Virus record (IMG/VR): IMGVR_UViG_3300023296_000894
Location: 1-27,665 of that record
Direction: 5' to 3' (one strand)
DNA: 27,665 nucleotides
Origin: a virus
Taxonomy: Duplodnaviria > Caudoviricetes
Under the pieces are notes generated by a model. The model was not told the DNA's origin. It saw nothing but the letters and a program-made list of their open reading frames with translations, and did not search any database. This document shows positions 16,494 to 23,167 of the stretch, piece by piece; position 1 is the stretch's first letter, and each line of letters starts with the position of its first letter. Both the position numbers and the translations under genes were made by a program.

Positions 16494-16845
16494 CTCCATA
16501 AGCCTTTAAAAAGTTTTCCATATACTTGCGAATGTTTTCCGCACCTACGGGATTCATTGAATGTACTAAATATCCAAAGCCCATGGGCAAACGCAGATTG
16601 TGATCCATGATATAATCACAGAACCATTTAGCAAAGGTGTAGCCAGTCTTTTCGCCATCACCAATGATGTAGTGTACATCTGCCAAATCATGATCAAATG
16701 ATATGAAAGTGGGCAAGCCATATTGCTCCACACACCACACAGCATCATCCATAGTGCGGCAGATAACTAGATCCTTATAAGGCCCATAGTTGTGACGCAC
16801 ATCTGCTGGAAAGCGTATGTCATCTAAAAAAAGTGTCCAAGCCAT
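16486..16845 (-). CDS. Cyclic-phosphate-processing receiver-domain protein
   Basis: LFLDDIR.P...ISFDHDL...KTGY..AKW...VHSMNPVGAENI signature. Start at 16845 after GGAGG. Confidence 0.8.
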   Translation of the reverse strand: MAWTLFLDDIRFPADVRHNYGPYKDLVICRTMDDAVWCVEQYGLPTFISFDHDLADVHYIIGDGEKTGYTFAKWFCDYIMDHNLRLPMGFGYLVHSMNPVGAENIRKYMENFLKAYGDA

Positions 16846-17081
16846 TATAGGCCTCCATATTTCAATACAAACAAAGTATAGCACTTTTCGTTAGCAAAGT
16901 CAACTCTTGTTTGGGGAATATATTGTGCCTTGAACTGTTTGAGTTCTTGATTTAGTGTATCAAGGTCAAAGCCTTCAAGGTTGTTTTGTTCAACTCCTCT
17001 ATCACGTAGGTCGCGAATAAAGTTTTGCCAGTTAGTAGGACACAAGGATAGGCCATCACCTAACCGTAGACTCACAGTCAT
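16845..17081 (-). CDS. Hypothetical protein
   Basis: Start MTVSLR at 17081 (ATGA overlap). Confidence 0.6.
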   Translation of the reverse strand: MTVSLRLGDGLSLCPTNWQNFIRDLRDRGVEQNNLEGFDLDTLNQELKQFKAQYIPQTRVDFANEKCYTLFVLKYGGL

Positions 17082-17236
17082 TTTAATGTCCATAAGTCTT
17101 TGGCAAAATCGCCCATCTCCGCTAATCCCGCTTTGTAGCCAGCCAACCAAGCACGATACAATGCTTCCTCTGTATCGCCTCGCAACAGTTCTGTTAGTTG
17201 ATCTTTGTTCGCTTCAAACCATTCATCAAATGTCAT
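17078..17236 (-). CDS. Small hypothetical protein (52 aa, MTFDEWFEAN...AWLAGY)
   Basis: Manually found; ATGA overlaps at both ends. Confidence 0.6.
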   Translation of the reverse strand: MTFDEWFEANKDQLTELLRGDTEEALYRAWLAGYKAGLAEMGDFAKDLWTLK

Positions 17237-17442
17237 ACTTCTACTACCTTTACTTCCTGTACCACAAGCACTCTATTGCCTGGATAACTCACATGATGTC
17301 CCGCAGCGTCGATTGTTTTCTGTGCTTGAATTGGGCTGGTAAACAGTCGTACCTCGTCGATAAAATAACTGTACCAACCGTTGCTGCTGGAGCGTTGACG
17401 ATAGTATTCACCACTGTTTGTGTCTTTGATTACCCAAGCCAT
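17233..17442 (-). CDS. Hypothetical protein
   Basis: 69-aa ORF in the array. Confidence 0.6.
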   Translation of the reverse strand: MAWVIKDTNSGEYYRQRSSSNGWYSYFIDEVRLFTSPIQAQKTIDAAGHHVSYPGNRVLVVQEVKVVEV

Positions 17443-17780
17443 TGCTTCAACCTTTCACCAAAATACTTTTTTGTCGGTTCGTGCTTGTTCCTCAGTATCA
17501 AAACAGGCGATGTCGATCTTACTGTCTCACCACCAAACACACGCTCTTTTACAAAGTAGTGTTTGCTCGTAGCAGTATATTGACGGCCCATATCATCGTA
17601 TGGCACACTCACTTCACGGCTGGTTACATCATATGTAGTAAAGTCAATACGAACTTTGCGTAGATCAATAATAAGTGTGCTGCCCAGTCGCTTGCCATCG
17701 TGTGTTTGATCTACAACTGAGAACTCATCCGCTTCCCAGTTGTTGCGATAGGCTAATAGTTTTCCACTACCGTGTGACAT
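17430..17780 (-). CDS. Hypothetical protein
   Basis: Start MSHGSG at 17780. Confidence 0.6.
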   Translation of the reverse strand: MSHGSGKLLAYRNNWEADEFSVVDQTHDGKRLGSTLIIDLRKVRIDFTTYDVTSREVSVPYDDMGRQYTATSKHYFVKERVFGGETVRSTSPVLILRNKHEPTKKYFGERLKQWLG

Positions 17781-17781
17781 A

Positions 17782-17958
17782 TTATTTTTCCATCCTAAAG
17801 ATACGTTCGATTTCAAGTTCGCTTTTGTCTTTTACTCGTTTACAGAATTGATGATATTGATCTGTATCATAAAGCTCGTGTTCAACAAACTGTTCAAACC
17901 ACTTGTTTACAACTTGCTGTCGCAGTTGTGCTCGGTCATGTTGTATACCGTGTGACAT
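17782..17958 (-). CDS. Small hypothetical protein (58 aa, MSHGIQHD...)
   Basis: Manually found; first gene after a TATACT-containing promoter near 17993-18020. Confidence 0.6.
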   Translation of the reverse strand: MSHGIQHDRAQLRQQVVNKWFEQFVEHELYDTDQYHQFCKRVKDKSELEIERIFRMEK

Positions 17959-18048
17959 ATGTGTGTCTTTCGTTTGTTTCTATTACACATAAAGTATAGC
18001 ACAATCAAGAGAAAACGCAAGCAAAAAGTTGCCTGCGTTTTCAAAGGT

Positions 18049-18606
18049 TTACATACCTAACCACTTAGCACAAGCGTCCCACTTGACGTTTGTAGTGATG
18101 TTCTTCGCAATGTGCTGTAGCAGCAACTCTCGCAAGTCGTGGCCGTCCAACATACGGAAGATGAACTGAGCATCGGTTTTGTGTTCCATAGTAGGAACAA
18201 ACTCAGTAGCAATCCGCTTGCGGTCATTCTGATACATCAGTTCGCAACCAGTTCGATATACAGCCAAGCGATCCTCAGTTGATACAAATGCTCGCCAAAA
18301 ACGCAGTTCAAACTCGCGAATGCGTTCAACTTGAACAGAAGGCAACATGGGAATCACGTCGTCCACTTCTTCGTTGATGATTAGGTTGACAATGTTACGA
18401 TCAAACACAATGCGATCAATGGTCTTATGAATTCTAACATATTGATCTGCTTTGATTTTTACTCGGTGTCCATCTGCCAACGCAAGAACAAAGCCTTCTG
18501 CGTTTTCAAGGCCACGAGTAAATTCTATCAGAGAATCAATTTTTGTAAATGGTAGGATTGTATCTACCAATGGAATATTAAATTCTTGAATTTTGTCTAG
18601 TAGCAT
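18049..18606 (-). CDS. RNA ligase 1 (T4 RnlA-like), C-terminal fragment
   Basis: Motif IV (AEGFVL), motif V (RVKIKADQYVRIHK) and a helical C-domain. ATG at 18606 with GAGG RBS. Confidence 0.85.
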   Translation of the reverse strand: MLLDKIQEFNIPLVDTILPFTKIDSLIEFTRGLENAEGFVLALADGHRVKIKADQYVRIHKTIDRIVFDRNIVNLIINEEVDDVIPMLPSVQVERIREFELRFWRAFVSTEDRLAVYRTGCELMYQNDRKRIATEFVPTMEHKTDAQFIFRMLDGHDLRELLLQHIAKNITTNVKWDACAKWLGM

Positions 18607-18634
18607 AGTTGGTTGCCTCTTACTGTGTTTAGCA

Positions 18635-18663
18635 AGTATAGCACTGCAAATATAGTTTGTCAA
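18635..18663 (-). promoter_or_regulatory. Sigma70-like promoter for the ligase C-fragment
   Basis: TTGACA-17 nt-TATACT. Confidence 0.85.
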
Positions 18664-18675
18664 CTGATAAAAGGC

Positions 18676-18747
18676 TAAATAAAAGTGTAGTTCACGGACT
18701 TCGTGGTGGTCGTCCCAACTACTCTATAACTAAGTAGGAGTTACAGC
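18676..18747 (+). promoter_or_regulatory. TAAATA late promoter plus conserved structured leader (copy 2)
   Basis: TAAATA..TGTAGTTCACGGAC-N12-GTCCCAACTACTCTA..AGGAG..CAGCATG. Confidence 0.75.
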
Positions 18748-19542
18748 ATGAATATTTATATACAGATTATAAGTGATCTCTCACAAAAGAACAAGTATTT
18801 TTCTTGGTGGCAGTCTATGATCGAACGTGGTATACAAAGAGCCAGCACTCGAGAAGAAGCCAAATCTCTGCTAGGATATGTAGAAGGACACCACATAGTG
18901 CCTGTTAGTTTTAACCTCGGTGGCAAAAACGATAGCGATAACTTTGTTTATCTTACTGCAAAAGAGCATATTATGATACATAGACTAATGTGTAAATTTC
19001 TCACTAATGAATATAGAATAAAATCATTGAGAGCATTTCATTGCATGTGCTTTAAAGATAACGGTGGTCAAAACAAAAGATTAGCATCGCTACACCAGTT
19101 AGCAAAAGCAAGAGAGGCAGTATCTGAATCGAACAAAGGCAAACGAGGCCCAATCGGTGTTCCAGCCTGGTTTACAGAATCAACCGATTTTGATATTTTT
19201 TGCGATCGATTAGGAGAATTGGTAGCAGAAGGATTAAGTGATCCGCAAATAGGTAAAAAGTATGACGTAAGTGCTACCGCTATTTTTAATTGGAGAAATA
19301 AACTAAATCTCAGAAGACGTCGATGGCAACTGAGAGATAAAAAATGGTTACACAATCACTATGTGAATAAAAAATTGTCTGCAGAGAAAATTGCGTCTCT
19401 AATAGGTTGCAGCGGAACAGCCGTTCAACAATATTTGATTAAATTTAATATACCTATTAGAGACGCAAACGAACGCCAAAAATCAAGAACTGATCGGAAG
19501 ATACTCACCAGTAATGTTGTGACGAACTGCCAACAAGGTTAG
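18748..19542 (+). CDS. HNH homing endonuclease (MobE-like) with two C-terminal HTH motifs
   Basis: YVEGHHIVPVS...GG.NDSDNFVYLTAKEHIMIHRLM; LSDPQIGKKYDVSATAIFNW; LSAEKIASLIGCSGTAVQQYL. The only convincing plus-strand gene. Confidence 0.9.
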   Translation: MNIYIQIISDLSQKNKYFSWWQSMIERGIQRASTREEAKSLLGYVEGHHIVPVSFNLGGKNDSDNFVYLTAKEHIMIHRLMCKFLTNEYRIKSLRAFHCMCFKDNGGQNKRLASLHQLAKAREAVSESNKGKRGPIGVPAWFTESTDFDIFCDRLGELVAEGLSDPQIGKKYDVSATAIFNWRNKLNLRRRRWQLRDKKWLHNHYVNKKLSAEKIASLIGCSGTAVQQYLIKFNIPIRDANERQKSRTDRKILTSNVVTNCQQG

Positions 19543-20076
19543 TGTATCTTCTTCGTATGGAAGAACAATTTGATTGAATGGACTACACCATTCAAAAATT
19601 GGAGTTAGTTTTTCACTGATACACCAGGCAGCGAAGTCTTTGTATCGAGTGTTTTTGGCTATAAACTCTTCGGCTTGCATAGCCACTTCAGTGATTCCCA
19701 TTTTAGTCATCCAACGGATATAACCATCAACTAGCATAGGGTGAATCATTGATCCATCCAGTTTTTCCATGATAACATGAGGCTGTGATAGATTAACTAA
19801 ATGCGGCTGAGTTTCTTCCTTTTCACCAACATTAAAAAATTTCACAAACGGACGAGCAGCAATTTCACCGCTTGGGGCGAACTTCAAGCCTCTACACTCA
19901 CGTCGAACAGCACCACCTAAGTCATCGGGCCCAGTCATATTGAAGGTGTCAGCCATAGCCACCACATAGTTTACCACACTATATCCTTCACGCTCTGCTA
20001 CGATAAATTCGTCGCGGCCTTCAATGTGAGGAAGCACATCATCAAGATGACGGATTTCAGGGAATTGATAGTTCAT
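19483..20076 (-). CDS. RNA ligase 1 (T4 RnlA-like), N-terminal fragment
   Basis: RECRGLKF, ARPFVKFFNVGE, motif I EKLDGSMI, TPIFEW..P.NQIV..Y, LLAVRHNITGEY. Confidence 0.9.
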   Translation of the reverse strand: MNYQFPEIRHLDDVLPHIEGRDEFIVAEREGYSVVNYVVAMADTFNMTGPDDLGGAVRRECRGLKFAPSGEIAARPFVKFFNVGEKEETQPHLVNLSQPHVIMEKLDGSMIHPMLVDGYIRWMTKMGITEVAMQAEEFIAKNTRYKDFAAWCISEKLTPIFEWCSPFNQIVLPYEEDTLTLLAVRHNITGEYLPISS

Positions 20077-20107
20077 AATCTTTACTTTCTTTTGTGTCTA
20101 CTCTCAT

Positions 20108-20136
20108 ACTATAGCACAAGAGTAGACTGTTGTCAA
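20108..20136 (-). promoter_or_regulatory. Sigma70-like promoter with flanking inverted repeat
   Basis: TTGACA-17 nt-TATAGT; GTCTACTCT...AGAGTAGAC brackets the -10. Confidence 0.8.
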
Positions 20137-20672
20137 GCAGGTTCTGCGTAGTCAATTCCAAGCAAGGCCCCGTGCATATCATAGAAGGTGATCATATCAA
20201 ACCCTTCGTCAGCAGTGGGCATCACAAACGATTCAATCATATTGCTCAAGATGTGCTGTGGGATAGTCTTGCCAGGACGATTTGCAAGACGCTGTGCCCA
20301 ATCTTCCTTGTCACCTGAGTAATCGCTTGCAGGTGGAACAATACACTCACAGCGAACCTGATAGCCAGCCTGACGCATACGATTGATAATCTTTGCTCGC
20401 TTCTTAACTCCCAAGGTGGTTTGGTCCCAGATGATGTCCTGGCGTTCTTTGATAGCATAAGCAAGATCAATATCGGCTTCTGCTGTAGCACTTTTGATAT
20501 GCTTCTCAAACACCTCGTCATAGGTCTTGCCCAAGAATTTAGCAATACGTTCAAGAATGTTGTCAGTGCTGTAGACAAACACATCAGGATCTATTGTGCT
20601 CATATCGCGAACACGAGTTGACTTGCCCATTGCAGGCAAGCCAACCATTACAGTGCAGATAGGCTTAGACAT
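20133..20672 (-). CDS. P-loop kinase, polynucleotide 5'-kinase-like
   Basis: MVGLPAMGKST Walker A, STDNI, IIWDQT, RLANRPGKTIP. Confidence 0.85.
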   Translation of the reverse strand: MSKPICTVMVGLPAMGKSTRVRDMSTIDPDVFVYSTDNILERIAKFLGKTYDEVFEKHIKSATAEADIDLAYAIKERQDIIWDQTTLGVKKRAKIINRMRQAGYQVRCECIVPPASDYSGDKEDWAQRLANRPGKTIPQHILSNMIESFVMPTADEGFDMITFYDMHGALLGIDYAEPA

Positions 20673-21121
20673 TAGAAGTCCTCCTCACCTTGGTACACGT
20701 TGAACACAAAGATACCGTTATCACGCCACATGCGAACCACTCTGGGCCTATCATCAAACACCATGTCAGGCTTGCGATTAAACGCAAGAACAATATCGTC
20801 CAGGATTTCCTGCTTCACAATGTCGTCGCTGCGGAAGTCGTCTGCCTTACGCATCCACAGATGCGAACTTGGCATCCAGAATTCGTTGGCATCCAGCCAC
20901 GCGACTGTAGCATCTCGAGTGCGCTCATTACGCCCGCTGGCAAACACAATGTCGTGTCCTGCGTCACGCAGTGCAAAGAACGCAGCCGCAACGTAAGGGT
21001 TCACAGCATCATTGGGGATGCCAGCGTCAAACGCCTTCCAGTTCTTTGGCTTGCTGCGAACATAGTCCAGCCGATGCTCGATGTTAGCAAGAGTTCCGTC
21101 AATATCAAATACTACTAGCAT
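20672..21121 (-). CDS. HAD phosphatase, polynucleotide 3'-phosphatase-like (PseT C-domain)
   Basis: VVFDIDGTLA, SGR, LWMR...DFRSDDIVKQEI, FDDRPRVVRMWR..GI. Confidence 0.9.
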   Translation of the reverse strand: MLVVFDIDGTLANIEHRLDYVRSKPKNWKAFDAGIPNDAVNPYVAAAFFALRDAGHDIVFASGRNERTRDATVAWLDANEFWMPSSHLWMRKADDFRSDDIVKQEILDDIVLAFNRKPDMVFDDRPRVVRMWRDNGIFVFNVYQGEEDF

Positions 21122-21153
21122 GTTATGCCTCTCTGTTTGTGTGTCTATAAATT

Positions 21154-21182
21154 AATATAACATTGTCAGATCAATTAGTCAA
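21154..21182 (-). promoter_or_regulatory. Sigma70-like promoter
   Basis: TTGACT-17 nt-TATATT, followed by a GAGAGG RBS. Confidence 0.65.
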
Positions 21183-21216
21183 GAGAAAAGGGCCCCAAGG
21201 CCCTGATCTTTTTTGT

Positions 21217-21390
21217 TTACTGTCCTACATTAAGGAACGGTACTGTTGATCCTGGAATCATTGTGGTAGGTAGAATGCCATTCCAACGCTCGGCCTGTAC
21301 CAGTTCAATCAGTGTTGGATTGTCTCGCAGTGCCGCACCCCTTGCACGGATCGCACTGGCTTCAGCATCACCAGTTAGTGTAATTGCCTC
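21217..21390 (-). pseudogene. Orphan C-terminal remnant of an SPFH/Band-7 (prohibitin-like) gene
   Basis: Frame reads EAITLTGDAEASAIRARGAALRDNPTLIELVQAERWNGILPTTMIPGSTVPFLNVGQ*; no upstream in-frame ATG before a stop. Confidence 0.7.
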
Positions 21391-21409
21391 GAACCCTTCT
21401 ATTTGTTCT

Positions 21410-21697
21410 TTACATTCGCGATTCAGGCATAAAATAATATAGAAGACTGCCTCCTTGCGAAACTGCGCCAGCTAGTTCTGTAGGAGTGAAATAGTCAACA
21501 CTGTGCCCGTTGCGTTTAACAGTCCACAATTCACCTGCATTTTTATTTGCTAAAATAACTGATCCTGTATTTTTTTCAAACGAAACTGCACGATAAGTTA
21601 ATATCTCGCTGTCAAAATTATCAGGACTTACACCATACTCGGCAAAAATATATTTTTTTAGTTCTTCTACAGTTTTCATTTGTGTGTTACCTCTCAT
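21410..21697 (-). CDS. Hypothetical protein
   Basis: 95-aa ORF after a TAAATA motif; may start at the second Met. Confidence 0.65.
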   Translation of the reverse strand: MRGNTQMKTVEELKKYIFAEYGVSPDNFDSEILTYRAVSFEKNTGSVILANKNAGELWTVKRNGHSVDYFTPTELAGAVSQGGSLLYYFMPESRM

Positions 21698-21707
21698 AGT
21701 ATATTTA

Positions 21708-21893
21708 TTAAACGTCTTTTTTCTTTTCTTGGATCTCCTGACGTCTTTTGACTATCAGATCTTTCATATCGTGTAATGCCTGGCGAGCACGAACAGCACT
21801 AGCTTTGACTCCTTTGTCTTCGAAACGCTCGTGTTCTCGAAGATACATTGCCCATACTAGTTTTAATTGTTCGTGTACGCTGTCTTCGTTCAT
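21708..21893 (-). CDS. Small Hc1/histone-H1-like helical protein
   Basis: ERFEDKGVKASAVRARQAL..MK.L...RRQEIQEKK; start at 21893 by ATGA overlap. Confidence 0.65.
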   Translation of the reverse strand: MNEDSVHEQLKLVWAMYLREHERFEDKGVKASAVRARQALHDMKDLIVKRRQEIQEKKKDV

Positions 21894-22483
21894 CCCACAA
21901 TATGCTCGTAAATTTCTTTCCAGTTCAAGCATTTGACCATGCCTTCCAGTACAGGTTCATTCATGTTAAATCCATGCTCAACCAGTATAGGCTTCAAGCC
22001 AAACTTCAAACCAGCAACTGCGTTTTCATACTTGTCTTCGATCCAATAGCGTCCTGTGCCTTGATACAGTTCCAATGCTTCATCCTTGTCAGCACCAGTG
22101 TCCAAACACATCAGGTGAGTAAATGCTGTGGGTCCGAACAGTTTCTCTAAATTCATTTTACGCAGTTTGTAAGCACTGTCATCAAGGCTAAGACTGGTAA
22201 TACAATGAAACACATAACCATGTTCTTCGTGCAGTCGCTTTACATAGTACATAGCGTCACGCAGTGCAGGTAGAAAGCCAATCGCAGCACTCTCGTTGAA
22301 GATTTTTACTTTGGTCTTTGCTTCTGACTTGGAGATATCAAACCGTTCTGATAGATCATAATAGTGATTACCGTTTTCAATTTGATTGTAACCGTGCTGT
22401 TCCATCCATGTACAGAACGCATACTCCCAGTTGCAGAGTACACCATCACAATCCGTCAAGATTACTTTGTTGTTGTTTATCAT
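21890..22483 (-). CDS. HAD-family 5'(3')-deoxyribonucleotidase-like protein
   Basis: ILTDCDGVLCNW, HCITS, WIEDK..NA..G. Confidence 0.8.
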   Translation of the reverse strand: MINNNKVILTDCDGVLCNWEYAFCTWMEQHGYNQIENGNHYYDLSERFDISKSEAKTKVKIFNESAAIGFLPALRDAMYYVKRLHEEHGYVFHCITSLSLDDSAYKLRKMNLEKLFGPTAFTHLMCLDTGADKDEALELYQGTGRYWIEDKYENAVAGLKFGLKPILVEHGFNMNEPVLEGMVKCLNWKEIYEHIVG

Positions 22484-22511
22484 TTTTTGGTCTTTCTGTT
22501 GCCTATATCAT

Positions 22512-22540
22512 AGTATAACACAAACAACAGAATTTGTCAA
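22512..22540 (-). promoter_or_regulatory. Sigma70-like promoter
   Basis: TTGACA-17 nt-TATACT. Confidence 0.85.
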
Positions 22541-22827
22541 ATCATTTGTAAGCCGCTGGTGCTGCTAACATATTGCTTGGCCATGTCTGCGTCTGTTTTT
22601 ACAATGAACAACAGTGACTCTTTGCGCAAAGAAATCTTTGCATCTGGGCTTGCTGTGAATGTAAACGGACCGAGGCCTATGCCCTGTTGACTAACAATCA
22701 ATGCCAATGGCTTTTGTACTGTGATTGTTTTGTCGTTTTCTTCTACGAAACGTGCTAGAATTTCTTCTCCAGCTGCTGTTCGAATTGTAATAGTATCGTT
22801 TGTTTTATATGGTGCTTCAATAATCAT
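22537..22827 (-). CDS. Conserved phage protein (possible small beta-barrel/Sm-like fold)
   Basis: TIRTAAGEEILAR...KPL...GLGPF...QYVSSTSGL. Confidence 0.7.
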   Translation of the reverse strand: MIIEAPYKTNDTITIRTAAGEEILARFVEENDKTITVQKPLALIVSQQGIGLGPFTFTASPDAKISLRKESLLFIVKTDADMAKQYVSSTSGLQMI

Positions 22828-22916
22828 TTTTTACGCTTGATTGCCTTTTTTGCTGCTCGCATTGCCCGAGTCTTTGTACTTGGTGATTTTGATTTGGTGA
22901 TTCGCTTGATTGACAC
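22824..22916 (-). CDS. Very basic 30-aa peptide (MSIKRITKSKSPSTKTRAMRAAKKAIKRKK)
   Basis: Manually found; GTG start overlaps the glutaredoxin TAG and its TGA overlaps the next ATG. Confidence 0.6.
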   Translation of the reverse strand: MSIKRITKSKSPSTKTRAMRAAKKAIKRKK

Positions 22917-23167
22917 TACAATGCCCATCCAGTTCCATTATAACCGGTTTCTTCTAAATAAGTAGACAGTTCTTTGTATCCGCCTATAGCTGATCCATTT
23001 ACAATGATCTGCGGATAAGTTTTAGCTTCGGGGAAACGTTCTAACAATTCTTCTCTAGTAAATTCGTTTCCTAGGCTGTAGTAACTATAATTCAGATGCC
23101 TTGATTCACACAGTGATCGTGCTGCATCACAGTATCCACAACTGGGTTTCCCCCAAATTTCTATCAT
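22916..23167 (-). CDS. nrdC: Glutaredoxin
   Basis: CGYC active site, KTYPQI, IGGY; lies in the nrd cluster. Confidence 0.92.
   Translation of the reverse strand: MIEIWGKPSCGYCDAARSLCESRHLNYSYYSLGNEFTREELLERFPEAKTYPQIIVNGSAIGGYKELSTYLEETGYNGTGWAL

Noticed and set aside
18607-19482. Intron or intein joining the RNA ligase halves
   Set aside because: The nuclease is antisense, there are no Cys/Ser...His-Asn intein ends, and the C-half has its own promoter and RBS.
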